Source: Planctomycetota bacterium (GTDB taxonomy: Bacteria; Planctomycetota; UBA8108; SXIK01). From it: 64,000 bases of DNA. Positions 8,428-19,500 of the stretch are shown here, piece by piece. A program made the translations under genes and the position numbers. The first letter of the stretch is position 1, and the number at the start of each line of letters is the position of its first letter. The notes under the pieces were generated by a model, which saw nothing but the letters and a program-made list of their open reading frames with translations, did not search any database and was not told the DNA's origin. The stretch spans positions 8,512,001-8,576,000 of the forward strand of contig OZ244999.1 in assembly GCA_965223265.1 (NCBI GenBank), given 5' to 3'.

Positions 8428-11400
8428 ATGAGTTTCGAACGCGGTGCTAGCGAATCTGCTTCGTCGGGCGACGCAGCGCCGAAGATGGTGTCTGACTCGC
8501 GCGATGGAATCGCCTCGCTCTTGCGCCAGTATGCGGAGTCGCCGGAGGTCGCAGCCGCACATGAGCTCGTTGCGTCGGCCGCGGCGCCAAAGCTCGGAGG
8601 TTTTTGGGGGGCGTCGCTAGGATTCTTCGCGGCTGCTTTCATGTCCAGCCGTGGAGCTCCACGACAGCTGCTCGTAGTGACGGCAAGTCTCGATCGCGCG
8701 TCAGAGCTCTATGAAGAGTTCGCCGCCTTTCTTCCATCGACGGTCAGCTCTTTTCCCGCCTGGGAGTCGCTTTTTCTCGCCGACTCGACGCCCGATGGCG
8801 ACGTCTACCAGCGCCGCGTGACGGCGCTCGAGCAGTTGCTGCGACGAGATGCCGCGCCAGCGATTGTCGTGGCGCCAATTCAGGCGATCGTGCAGCCGGT
8901 CCCGCGTCCTGACGCTCTGACTGAAGAGCGGATTGAGCTCTGCGTCGGCGATGACTTCGGACCGAGAGACTTGGCTGAATCCTTGGCTGCAAAGGGATAC
9001 CGCGCAACCACGCTTGTGGAGAACTGGGGCGAGTTCTCACTGCGAGGGGACGTGCTCGACTTCTATCCTCTTCAGAGCCAACACCCGCTGCGGGTCGAGT
9101 TCTTCGGGGACACGATCGACTCCATTCGCTCGTTCTCGTCGACGACGCAGCGGTCGCTTCCGGACTCTTCGCAGGGATCCTTCCGCCTCCTGACTCTCGA
9201 CCGTGATTCAATGTTTCAGGACTGCATTCGCGATGAAGAGTGCCTGATCACGGACTACCTGAGCGAGTCGGCCGTCGTCTTTTTCGATGATCTCGAGGCG
9301 ATCAAGGAAAGAGCTTCGAGGGTTCTAAAGAATCTCTTGCCCTCCGGTGCGGATTCTATCGCTGAGAGATTCTTCGCCCGGGTTTTTCGTCCTCGGAGTG
9401 TTGACGTCCACGCCCTGCCTACCGCGCAGTCGGACGAGAGCGTCAATCTGGGCTTCGGTTCTGTTGAACGACTCGTCTCGAGAGACATCTCCCGGATCTG
9501 CGACGAGTTGTCGGTGTACGTCGAGTCGGGCGGCGGCGCCATCGTGTATTGCGAATCCGAGGCAGAAGCGAAACGCTTTCGTGAAATCCTCGCCGATCAC
9601 GATTGTAGTGACTTGCCGCGGCTCGAAGTCGAGCTCGGGCCGGTGAGGCGCGGTTTCGAAATCCGCCAGCTGAATCGATCCGTACTGACGAGCCGCGAGC
9701 TGTTCCATCGCCACCTCGTTCAACGAGTCCGACAGCGCCCCATCAAATCGCGCGCGATCGAGTCGTTCGTGGAGCTCTCGAGCGGCGACTACGTCGTTCA
9801 CATGGTGCATGGAATCGCGAAGTTTCATGGCATGGAGCGATTCAAAAAGGATGGAGTCGAACAGGAGTTTCTATCGCTAGGCTTTCGAGGCGGCGTCAAG
9901 ATTTACGTCCCGGTCTCGAAGATCGATCTGATCCAGAAGTACGTCGGCAGTGGTGGACGGCCGCCGCTTCTCGATCGTATCGGCGGCAAGAGTTGGTCCA
10001 AGAAAAAGGAGAGTGTCGAGACCGCGCTGCTCGACTTTGCAGGAGATCTCCTCCAGATTCAGGCTCTTCGCCATGAAAGAACCGGGATCCGTTTTCCCGA
10101 GGACTCACAGATGCAGCGCGAGTTTGAGGCACTTTTTCCGTTCGACGACACCCCCGACCAAGTGGTGGCGACCGAGGCAATCAAGGAGGACATGCAGTCG
10201 CCGCGACCCATGGATCGTCTGATTTGTGGTGACGTCGGCTACGGCAAGACCGAGCTGGCCATGCGATCTGCGTTCAAAGCGGTCGAGGGTGGTAAGCAAG
10301 TCGCGGTCCTCGTGCCGACGACAGTCCTGGCGCAGCAGCACTTCCGCACGTTTTCTGCGCGCATGAAATCGTTTCCCATGATTCTTGAGGTGCTGAGTCG
10401 TTTTCGTACTGGCCGAGAGCAAACCGAGATCCTCGCTGCCGCAGCGGAGGGGCGGGTAGATATTCTCATCGGAACGCATCGACTGCTGTCGAAGGACGTC
10501 GTTTTCAAAGATCTCGGGCTCGTCATCGTCGACGAGGAACAACGATTCGGTGTTGAGCACAAGGAGAAGCTCAAGCGTCTGCGGTCGACTGTGGACGTCC
10601 TGACACTGACGGCGACTCCCATTCCCCGCACGCTTCACATGTCGGTACTCGGGTTGAGAGACATATCGAGTCTGCGAACGCCGCCGCTCGGGCGAACTGC
10701 CGTTAAGACCGAGGTGATCCGATTTGAGCCGAAGCGGATCCGAGAGATGATCATCCGCGAGCTCAATCGTGACGGGCAGGTGTTCTTCATTCACAACCGC
10801 ATCCATGACATCGACCGCGTACGGCACGAGCTCGAGAGAGCGGTGCCGGAAGCACGCTTTGCCGTAGCTCACGGACGCATGAAGGAAGAAGAACTTGAAG
10901 AGGTGATGGTGAAGTTCATCGGCCAAGAGGTCGACGTCCTTCTGTCGACGACGATCGTCGAGAATGGCATAGATATCCGTAACGCAAACACGATGTTCAT
11001 CGACGAAGCGGATCGCTACGGACTCTCCGAGATGCATCAGCTGCGCGGGCGCGTGGGCCGCCACACCCACCAAGCCTTTTGCTACCTGATCCTGCCGGAT
11101 CACCGACGGATCAATCCGGATGCGGAGAAACGACTGCAGGCTTTGGTGGAGTTTGCGGACCTCGGTGCCGGATTCCAAATCGCCATGCGTGATTTGGAGA
11201 TCCGCGGCTCCGGAAATATCCTCGGCCCAGAGCAGAGCGGGCACATCGCCGCCGTCGGATATGACATGTATTGCCGGCTGCTTGAGAAGACCGTGCGCCG
11301 TTTACGCAACGAAGACTATGCTGAGCCAGTGCATGTGGAGGTTGATCTTGCGGTGCAGGCGATGATTCCCGATGAGTATCTCTCCAGCGAGGGACTCAAG

Positions 11401-11838
11401 CTCGAGATCTACCGGCACGTCTCGTACGCACGCACGCCTGAGGATCTCGACGAGCTGGCCGACGAGCTGAAGGATCGCTTCGGGGAGCTCCCCGACGCAG
11501 TGAGGACACTTCTCGACATTCAAATGCTTCGTGTCCTGGCGGCGGCGAATGGTATCGAGCGTCTCACCCAAGAGGCGTCGAACCTCGTCCTCGAGGGGCG
11601 GGAGACACTCAAGAATCTACTTGAAAACTGCACTCAACCGGTCACGGTATTGAATAGCCGAACGGTGGCGATTCCCCTGGTGGATCGGCGGCGCAAACGC
11701 CGCGCCGCCGCCGTCGAGGTCGACGATGAGTTCGTTTTTCGAGTCGCGCTGCGTTGGCTGCAGACCAAGGAGTTCCCGCAAGATCTATTGAGACCCGGGA
11801 GAGCAGCGCGTGCCCGTCGAGTTGACGTGAAGAGGTGA
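8428..11838 (+). CDS. mfd: Transcription-repair coupling factor
   Basis: UvrB-like N-terminus, RID (GDYVVHMVHGIAKF), MDRLICGDVGYGKTE, DEEQRFGV, TATPIPRT, QLRGRVGR, RDLEIRGSGN, TRCF domain. Confidence 0.97.
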   Translation: MSFERGASESASSGDAAPKMVSDSRDGIASLLRQYAESPEVAAAHELVASAAAPKLGGFWGASLGFFAAAFMSSRGAPRQLLVVTASLDRASELYEEFAAFLPSTVSSFPAWESLFLADSTPDGDVYQRRVTALEQLLRRDAAPAIVVAPIQAIVQPVPRPDALTEERIELCVGDDFGPRDLAESLAAKGYRATTLVENWGEFSLRGDVLDFYPLQSQHPLRVEFFGDTIDSIRSFSSTTQRSLPDSSQGSFRLLTLDRDSMFQDCIRDEECLITDYLSESAVVFFDDLEAIKERASRVLKNLLPSGADSIAERFFARVFRPRSVDVHALPTAQSDESVNLGFGSVERLVSRDISRICDELSVYVESGGGAIVYCESEAEAKRFREILADHDCSDLPRLEVELGPVRRGFEIRQLNRSVLTSRELFHRHLVQRVRQRPIKSRAIESFVELSSGDYVVHMVHGIAKFHGMERFKKDGVEQEFLSLGFRGGVKIYVPVSKIDLIQKYVGSGGRPPLLDRIGGKSWSKKKESVETALLDFAGDLLQIQALRHERTGIRFPEDSQMQREFEALFPFDDTPDQVVATEAIKEDMQSPRPMDRLICGDVGYGKTELAMRSAFKAVEGGKQVAVLVPTTVLAQQHFRTFSARMKSFPMILEVLSRFRTGREQTEILAAAAEGRVDILIGTHRLLSKDVVFKDLGLVIVDEEQRFGVEHKEKLKRLRSTVDVLTLTATPIPRTLHMSVLGLRDISSLRTPPLGRTAVKTEVIRFEPKRIREMIIRELNRDGQVFFIHNRIHDIDRVRHELERAVPEARFAVAHGRMKEEELEEVMVKFIGQEVDVLLSTTIVENGIDIRNANTMFIDEADRYGLSEMHQLRGRVGRHTHQAFCYLILPDHRRINPDAEKRLQALVEFADLGAGFQIAMRDLEIRGSGNILGPEQSGHIAAVGYDMYCRLLEKTVRRLRNEDYAEPVHVEVDLAVQAMIPDEYLSSEGLKLEIYRHVSYARTPEDLDELADELKDRFGELPDAVRTLLDIQMLRVLAAANGIERLTQEASNLVLEGRETLKNLLENCTQPVTVLNSRTVAIPLVDRRRKRRAAAVEVDDEFVFRVALRWLQTKEFPQDLLRPGRAARARRVDVKR

Positions 11839-11909
11839 AAGTGAACGAGGTCGAGGTTGTCAGCGCCAGTTCCGAAGCGGTGGCGGATTCCTCGCGGGGA
11901 GCTTTTGCA

Positions 11910-13088
11910 ATGAGCCTGACGACCCTGAGCGCCGCTCTTCTTTGCGGCACGACGATCTTTGGCCAGGTCGAGCCGCGTGCCGGTATCGTCGCTGAGGTCG
12001 GCGACTCGATCATCACACGGGCGGAGCTCGACCAGGAGCTCTTCTATAACCGCACCACGGCACCGGTGACGGTGTCAGGACGCTTGCTCGCCTGGCATCG
12101 CCTTCAGCACGAGCATCAGGTGCTCGAGCAACTCATCGACTACAAGTTGATCCTTGAGCGAGTCCGACGCCTTGAAGCAAAGGAAGAAAAGCCGTTCGTC
12201 TCCGAGGGAGAGGTTGAGCACGGATTGCAGGCGCGCTTGAAGAAACTGAAGGAGGAGGGATATTCGCCGCGCTCGGTGGATGATCTCTACAAGTATTTCC
12301 GCACGAGTTTAGGGTTCGACAAGAAGCGGACTCGGGAGTTTATTCGTAACCGGATCGCCGTCAGTAAATTCAAACACACCATGCATCAGAAGTTTCTGAA
12401 CGGTTGGGTAGCACCTCAGGAAGCACGCTATTACTACGAGACGCACAAGGATTCTTTCACCACGCCCCTGGAGATTTCGTTTCGGCGCATCTTTCTGAGG
12501 GAGGGACGGCTCAACGTTCAAGAAGCGATCGATGCGATCAAGACCGGCCTGAAGGACGGTGAGGATTTCGTCGAGCTCGCGGCCGTGTGGTCGCAGGAGG
12601 CCGTCGAAGGGAATCCTGATCTCGCAGGGGCACTCCAGACCAAGGACTTCGAGGAGATCAAACACTACCACCAGCCGACGCCTCAGGTCCTCGCCACGCT
12701 CAAGGCGGGAGAGGTCTCCGAGCCGGTTCACACGGCGGTGGGTGTCTTTTTCTACAAGGTTGAAGACGTCGTGCAGGGAACACCTGAATCGTTTACGGAA
12801 GCCTTTGATCGTATCCAACAGCTCATTCTGTATCGTCGTCGCCTCGCGATCGATGAGCGTTTATTGCGGGAGGCGAGGAAGGGGGCTCACATCAGGATCC
12901 TACTTCCGCCGTTGCCGCCGCGACCTGACACTGACGAGCCAAGTGCGGATTCCGAGACGACAGACGACACGGAGGCCGAGCCTTCTCAGCCAGAGAGCGA
13001 AAAGGAAGAGGGTGGGCTCGGAAAACCTGAACCCGAGACGGGCGCGTCACGATCTGGGCGTGAAGAGGCCAGTTTCTCGGCCGAATGA
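11910..13088 (+). CDS. SurA/PrsA-like parvulin peptidyl-prolyl isomerase
   Basis: Signal peptide; IVAEVGDSIIT SurA-type N-terminus; GEDFVELA..WS...GEVSEPV.T..G rotamase pattern; directly after mfd. Alternative GTG start at 11835. Confidence 0.8.
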   Translation: MSLTTLSAALLCGTTIFGQVEPRAGIVAEVGDSIITRAELDQELFYNRTTAPVTVSGRLLAWHRLQHEHQVLEQLIDYKLILERVRRLEAKEEKPFVSEGEVEHGLQARLKKLKEEGYSPRSVDDLYKYFRTSLGFDKKRTREFIRNRIAVSKFKHTMHQKFLNGWVAPQEARYYYETHKDSFTTPLEISFRRIFLREGRLNVQEAIDAIKTGLKDGEDFVELAAVWSQEAVEGNPDLAGALQTKDFEEIKHYHQPTPQVLATLKAGEVSEPVHTAVGVFFYKVEDVVQGTPESFTEAFDRIQQLILYRRRLAIDERLLREARKGAHIRILLPPLPPRPDTDEPSADSETTDDTEAEPSQPESEKEEGGLGKPEPETGASRSGREEASFSAE

Positions 13089-13108
13089 CTTTTTCAGGCG
13101 GGCTGTTA
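13016..13108. repeat. Second copy of the dispersed MITE-like repeat, overlapping the 3' end of the PPIase gene
   Basis: TGGGCGTGAAGAGGCCAGTTTCTCGGCCGAATGACTTTTTCA matches the reverse complement of about 6034-6075 with few mismatches. Confidence 0.6.
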
Positions 13109-13178
13109 ACGTTAGAAGCCTGTTGAACTCTGTGGACTGTTTGTCCGCCGGGGGCCCTGACAGCGATGACCACGACAC

Positions 13179-13751
13179 ATGAAGGATGGCAAATCCCGGG
13201 TCGCGTGGGTTGAGACGGTGACGCCGTCGGCAGCGACTGGAGCGCTGGCACGAGAGTACGAGGCCGCACTCGAGCGCAGCGGTCGAGTCTCAAACGTCTT
13301 GCGGATTTCGAGTCTCAACCCGAAGACGCTGTCGACGTGGGTGAGGCTCTACCGCGACGTGATGTTCAGTGACTCCCCTTTGACGCGAGTCGAACGGGAG
13401 CTGATCGCCGTTGTGGTCTCGCAGGTGAACGGTTGCCACTACTGACTGGTGGCTCATGCAGAGGACCTCCGGTCGGAGGTTACGCCAGATCGCGCCGAAT
13501 GGGTCCAGGAAGTGCAGCGTAACTGGCGCGATGCGACATTGACCGCCAGAGAAAGTGCGCTCTGCGAGTACGCCGATAAGCTGACTCGCGATCCGCCACA
13601 TGTGGTGGAGGCTGACATTCAAGCACTGCGCGCCGCAGGTCTGGATGATCGGGCGATCGTCGACACCGCCCACGTGGTTGGGTTCTTCGCTTACGCAAAC
13701 CGTTTGGTCGATGGGCTCGGCTGTCAGCTGGAACCCGATCGGAAAGCTTGA
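13179..13751 (+). CDS. AhpD/CMD-like peroxidase-related protein, probable selenoprotein (CxxU, TGA at 13443-13445)
   Basis: ORFs 13179-13445 and 13449-13751 are in the same frame, joined at NGCHY-TGA-LVAH. This family's motif is NxCxYC..H. A SECIS-like hairpin follows. Confidence 0.85.
13446..13488 (+). promoter_or_regulatory. Bacterial SECIS-like hairpin
   Basis: Stem ACCTCC/GGAGGT with a GGTC loop starting 25 nt after the UGA; outer CTGG/CCAG pairing. Confidence 0.7.
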
Positions 13752-13799
13752 AGCGACTACTTCACCCGGAAGGGCGCGTTCGACCGGCTCCGGCAGGTA

Positions 13800-14579
13800 T
13801 CAGTCGGCCGGCGTCACGATGTAGCCACCGCTTCGATCGTCTCTCTCCAGGTGGAGGAGCTTTTCGCGTTGGGCTTCGTGGAGGAGATGTGAAAACGATC
13901 GAAAGCCGAAATACTGTTCGTTGAACTCTGGGTGCTTTCGCTTGATCGTTTGCTTCACCATCGAGCTCCAAATGATATCTCGGTCCTGTCGCACCAGCAC
14001 ACGCAGTGCGTCGAGAACGCGCTCGTAGGCCTGCCGCTCCTTTCCGGCGACACTCTGGAGCTTCTGTTTCACAACTGCCTGCGGCGAGTCGAGCACAATG
14101 TCGTCGTAATAGATGAATTCATCGCAGTTGTCGACGAGTAGATCGCTCGTTGAGTTTTTCACTCCGACACCGATGACGAACTTGTCATTCTCCTTGAGCT
14201 TCGAGACGAGCGGCGAAAAATCGCTATCGCCACTCGCTATGACAAAGCAGTTGATATGATCTTTGGCATAGCACAGGTCCATCGCATCGACGACCATGCG
14301 TATGTCGGCTGAATTCTTGCCGCTGTAACTCTTGCGAGGGATCTCGATCAGCTCGATTCCTTCTTCGTGGAATGAGCGCTTGTACCTGCCGTAGGTTTCC
14401 CAGTCAGCGTAGGCTTTCTTAACGACGATCTTGCCGATTTCTACGACGCGTTCGAGCAGCTTTCGAATGTCGAATTCTTTGTACTTCGCGTCGCGGACGC
14501 CCAGGGCGATGTTTTCGAAGTCGCAGAAGAACGCAATCCTTGCGTCCTCGGGGTCGAGTCCACCGGGAACATGAGCCAC
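13800..14579 (-). CDS. NYN (LabA/DUF88) domain protein with C-terminal OST-HTH/LOTUS domain
   Basis: DFEN, AYADW, GKNSADIRMVVDAMD, SGDSDFSPL; C-terminal P.FNEQYFGFRSFS.LL. Confidence 0.92.
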   Translation of the reverse strand: MAHVPGGLDPEDARIAFFCDFENIALGVRDAKYKEFDIRKLLERVVEIGKIVVKKAYADWETYGRYKRSFHEEGIELIEIPRKSYSGKNSADIRMVVDAMDLCYAKDHINCFVIASGDSDFSPLVSKLKENDKFVIGVGVKNSTSDLLVDNCDEFIYYDDIVLDSPQAVVKQKLQSVAGKERQAYERVLDALRVLVRQDRDIIWSSMVKQTIKRKHPEFNEQYFGFRSFSHLLHEAQREKLLHLERDDRSGGYIVTPAD

Positions 14580-14840
14580 TTGTTCCTGCTTTCGTCTTTG
14601 GTCGTTGTCGGCCTATCTGACGTCGCGTCAACAACTCACCCGAGACGGTCGGGCGGTCGAAGATCAAGGCCTCATCCGTCGACAAAGAAGTCACTTAGCC
14701 GGCGCGTCGTGCTTGATCGAACGACAGCCGCGGCGACGGTCTCTCCAACTTTCGTAGCGGATTATAGCCGTTGGTCCCGATATCGCCAAGGCTGTGGTCT
14801 GGACATTCGCTCCGCGTGTTGTGTGGTCGATCTCGGGAAA

Positions 14841-16211
14841 TCACGCCGTTGCTGTCGTCATCTCGCGCAGCAGATGCGCCATCATCAGGATGCCCCGAAA
14901 GTAGTCCTGTAGTCGAAAGCGCTCGTTGGGCGCGTGAGCGCCGTCGTCCGGCAGGCCGAGCCCGATCAAGAGGCTATCAACGCCGAGCTCAGACTGAAAC
15001 GTGTTGACGACTGGAATCGATCCGCCTTCTCGAATGAACACCGGTTCACGGCCAAACGCGATGGCGAGCGCCCGCGATGCGGCTTGCACCGCCTTTCCTT
15101 CTCTCGGAACGAGCACGGGCCGTGCCCCGTGGTGATCGATCACCTCGACCTCGACTGAATCGGGCGCGACCTCTTTCAGAAAGTTCGTTACGAGTGCGGC
15201 GATCGCGGCGGGATCCTGATCAGGAACCAGACGCATAGAGAATTTGGCCCGCGCTTCACTTGGAATGACTGTTTTTGCCCCTTCGCCTGTGAATCCACTG
15301 ACAAGGCCGTTGACGTCGAACGTCGGTCGAGCCCAGCGACGTTCCAGGTTCGTGTACCCTTCCTCGCCGACACTCGACTTAAAGCCAAGCTCGCTTTGAA
15401 ATGCGTCTTCGTCGAAATCAAGAGCCGCAAGAGCGTCCCTCTCCCAAGCTTCGAGGTCACGGACATCGTCGTAAAATCCTGGGATGGCCACGCGACCGAA
15501 TGGACCCTGGCACGCCGCGATCATCCGCGCGAGCACGTTCGCCGCGTTCGGCACCGCACCACCATAGGATCCTGAATGCAGATCGGTTTTGGCGCCGCGC
15601 ACCACGAGTTCGAGGTATGCCAAGCCCTTCAGCCCGTATGTGATCGCGGGGACGTCGGGAGCAAACTGGCTTGAGTCAGCGATCAAGACAACGTCGGACT
15701 CGAGACGTTCTTTCTCAGAACGAATGAAAGCCGCCAGGTTCGGGCTACCAACCTCCTCTTCTCCTTCAACCAAGAATTTGACGTTGATCGGGAGCGCGCC
15801 GAAGACGTGTTGGGCCGCTTCAACACCCTTGACAAGAGCGAATAGCTGGCCCTTGTCATCCGTTGCGCCGCGCGCGACGACGTAGCCATCCTCCTGCGTC
15901 GGTTCGAACGGACCGTGTCGCCACTCGTCGAGCGGGTCCGGTGGTTGAACATCGTAGTGGCCGTAGACCAGGAGTGTCGGCTGGGCCGAGTCGACGAGCT
16001 TTTCGGCGTAAACGATTGGGTGTCCTGGAGTCGGGAAAACTTGAGAGGTTAGCCCCATACCCACAAACTTTCGATGCAACCAGTCGGCGCAGTCGCGCAC
16101 GGCTGTGGCTTGCGACGCGTCGGTGCTGACGCTCGGAATCTTCAAGATTTCAAAGAGTTCTTCGAGGGCTTTCTGGCGTCTCTCGTCGACGAATTCGGTC
16201 AGGTCTTTCAT
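14841..16211 (-). CDS. M20 family dipeptidase
   Basis: YGHYDVQP, ARGATDDKGQ, EGEEE.GS, DLHSG, GGSIP, HAPNE. Confidence 0.93.
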   Translation of the reverse strand: MKDLTEFVDERRQKALEELFEILKIPSVSTDASQATAVRDCADWLHRKFVGMGLTSQVFPTPGHPIVYAEKLVDSAQPTLLVYGHYDVQPPDPLDEWRHGPFEPTQEDGYVVARGATDDKGQLFALVKGVEAAQHVFGALPINVKFLVEGEEEVGSPNLAAFIRSEKERLESDVVLIADSSQFAPDVPAITYGLKGLAYLELVVRGAKTDLHSGSYGGAVPNAANVLARMIAACQGPFGRVAIPGFYDDVRDLEAWERDALAALDFDEDAFQSELGFKSSVGEEGYTNLERRWARPTFDVNGLVSGFTGEGAKTVIPSEARAKFSMRLVPDQDPAAIAALVTNFLKEVAPDSVEVEVIDHHGARPVLVPREGKAVQAASRALAIAFGREPVFIREGGSIPVVNTFQSELGVDSLLIGLGLPDDGAHAPNERFRLQDYFRGILMMAHLLREMTTATA

Positions 16212-16558
16212 CGGGCGATCCTTGAGCTTTGAGGTGCTTCGTGTAGCGCTAGTCGACGTCAGCACGGACAGGCCATCCGGGTCCGCGGCATTTTACCGTG
16301 GGGAATTCATGAAAGCCTACCATCAGCGCGCTTTAGGATCGCGCGAGGTCGCGCTTCAGTGTCGGCTGGTCCTTCCGACCGCCGGTCGCGTCTTCGATCG
16401 TGGAAGCGTTGGGTCAGGACGGCTGCCACACGGATCCACAGTAACAATTCGTACTCTTCTGCGTCAGGGAACATGTCGACCAGCCTGGTTGCGACTGGCT
16501 GGAAAAGCAGCACGTGCTCAATTATCCTGTGAGCGGTTTGCTTTCTGCAGGTTGCCGA

Positions 16559-19500
16559 ATGCCCGAACGGTTCGAGATTTTTGGTAGAGGAGAAACCGAG
16601 GGCGTCGAGGCGCTCTACCGGAACCACCGGGACGGTCGACCGAGCGCGGCCTTGATTGAGGATATCGTCCAGCAGCGCATTGGGACGCTCGAGCGGCTTC
16701 GCGCTATGCGTGCGGACGAAGCGAGTTTGGTCCTTTCTGAGGCGGTTTCGGGTCTCGAGCGCCGTGTCACGACGATTACCGATGGGACGGCCTCGCCGTT
16801 CGATGCGGAGATACTTCTCGCCCAGCAGCTGCGCTGGTGCTTGTGGCTTAGCGACTTGGTCACCGATCAGCTTGGCCGCGACCCCTTTGCGTACATCGAG
16901 GACGATATCGACTGGGTCGAACGTTCGACGCGCCGGCTTGGCGATTGGGACCGCGAGCTCCAGGGAGAGGCGAGTCAGCTCGCGGCGCAAGTCGACTTCT
17001 TGAAGGAACGCGTCACAGGTCGAAAGTGCTCTCGCTTTCTCGCACCGGTCGCGCCAGCAGTTGAATCGGAGCCGCCGCTCGAACGCGCCTTCAGGCTTTG
17101 GTACGCCGTCAGTGAATCGTTCACGCTCGAAATGCGTATTGCCAAGCTCGGCCGCGGCACCGGTGATCCGGCTGCCGAAGCGGGAACGTCGAAAGGCGAG
17201 GGGCAGAGCTCGCGGACAGTAGGATCGAGCGAGCTTCTGCGTCTTCAAGAACGGCGCGGTGAGCTGCGAAGCGAGCTGCAGCGGACGCTCTGCGATCTGC
17301 AACCAGCGGAGATCGCAGAGTTCTGTCGTCCATGTGCCAGCGAGCTTCTGGACCATTCCTCAGGGCTTCTTACTGAAACCGCCACGTCGCGGGCACGGCA
17401 CAGAATCGCCTCGCTACGCGCGCTACGCAGTCAGCTCGACTTTTTCCTCAAGATCACGACGCCTGAGCGGGCGACCGTGCTGAGTCAACTCGAGGGGGAG
17501 GGGTGCCGAGAGCTCGCACGAAAATTTCGACAGCTGGACCGGCTGCGTTCGAGGACGCTGAACGCTGAACGGGAGGAGGTCGCGGCACATCGGTTGCGAC
17601 GCTTCTTCGGAGCTTCACGGGTGAAGGTTTGGGAGAACTTCATCCTTGTGCTCGTCTGCGCGTTCCTCGCGCTCGTGATCGCGGACTGGTGGCTTTCCTC
17701 ACTCCTTGTTGATGACGACAAGACCGTAGGGATGCGAGTCGAGGATTCGCGTGGTGGGTTGCTACCCGCGGGTGTCGCCCAGGCCGAGGGGCGGGTGAAC
17801 TTGGGGACGGTCGCGGCTTCCCGAGAGTTCGTGGTAACAGAGGCGAGCGTCGATCAGAATCGGATCCGCAGGTGGATACGGTCGCTCCACATCGTCGACC
17901 TCGTCTTCTGCGTGATTTTTCAACTCGACTTTTTCATTCGCTGGGGTTTTGCCGGTTGGCGAGGGTGGTTCTTTCGTCGTCACTTTTTCTTCGAGAGCTT
18001 GCCAGCTCTTCCTTATGCGCTCCTGCTGCCGTATCTCCAAGGTGTGATCGTCTTTCGCCTGCAGCGTTTTGTGCGGCTTCTCCGTGTTTTTCGTGTGTTC
18101 GCGTTTTTCGTTCGTGGTGCCGATCAGGCAGTCGAGCGGTTTCGCCCTGTGATCGATCGCGACATCATTCTCTTCGAAACTGGTGAGACGCAGGAGTTCC
18201 CGGAGTCACCACTGAAAATTCGCTTGCTCGATCTCGGCGAGCGTTTTTCGAGGGCGGTTCGCAGCGTATATCGCGATCTTGGCTGGGCCGAAAGGCCTCG
18301 CGTGCTCTCACGGTGTGTTCAGGCGCTTGACGTGGAATCGCAGCTCGTCGGTGCTATGTCACTGCCCTATCGCCGCGATCTCATGCACTTTGCCAAGGAG
18401 GTACGGCTTGAAGTGCTGATTGGGCGGTGCCTCAATTGCGATGTTGGTCGCGCCTTGACCTATTTTGGACGTGAAGGTGCGCAGCGCATCGCGCAGTGGC
18501 TCCGTCGGTTGGACATCCCCATTTTTCGCCGGGCACCGTTTGTGCGCCGCTTGATGCCTGCCGCTCGTATTCCCGACCCGTCCGAGGCTGCGAGTGCGGC
18601 CGTGAAGGCGATGGGGCAGATTCTGCAAGAGTTTCTTGGGGTCATGCGGTTTTGGGGAGACATGGCTGGGATCACCACCGGGCCGCAGATTCTTGATCGC
18701 ATCGCGACCGCGCTCGTCATGGCGACGAAACGCCCCGCGGTTCGACTGTTTCTTCTCGCCAGCCTGTTTCTCTTCTTGGACCTACTCTCAGGGCTCGTCG
18801 GTGAGAATTCGTTCATCGGCGTTGCCTCGACGAAAGTGTTTCAGCTGTTGGGTCTGCCTCTCTACATCGTGGGTGGTCTCTGCCTCGTGTTGCTCTTCAT
18901 GGGTTTCTGGTTCAAGCGCATCGCTGGCGAGGCGCTTTCGGAGCATCTCCGGGTCGCAGATGCCCATTTTCTCACTTTGATCAAGCACTGGAAACTGCCG
19001 CGCTGCGAACGTGATCTGCGTCGCATGTACCGGAGTGTCCTGGCTCCAGAGTTTCATTTGCGCGGCATTTCCGGATTGGACGACGCTTCGTCTATCCGTT
19101 TTCTTGCGGCACCGGTCCGCTCCAAGTTGCTTCACAACTCAGGCCTGGCGGATACCTCCGTGGAACCGTGTCGGGAGTTTCACGACGAGAGGCAAGCGAT
19201 CGCTTTGCACTATGAGACTTACTTGGATAGCCCGGTTCTGCACCGCGAAGACAACGCCACGTCGATACAGCTCCTCGGCAACCTCGCGCTTCGAGATCTG
19301 CGCACCAATACGATCGGACTTTCACGTCGGCAGTTTCGCAAGCTCGAGCGGCTCAACTTGGAGCGGCAGAGCATCCTCTCCTTAGGACCTTACTTTTGGT
19401 TTCGGTTCATCACGGAGAGCCTGGCGATTGAGACGGCGAAGCTCGTCAGGGAGTACAACGCCTCATGCATAGCAATCAGTGACCTGCCGCACGCCACCGA

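Noticed and set aside
13179-13751. Pseudogene or two separate genes
   Set aside because: The stop coincides with the catalytic Cys position and is followed by a SECIS-like hairpin
13800-14579. NYN protein as part of a defence or toxin system
   Set aside because: NYN-LOTUS proteins are widespread stand-alone genes, and no partner is evident
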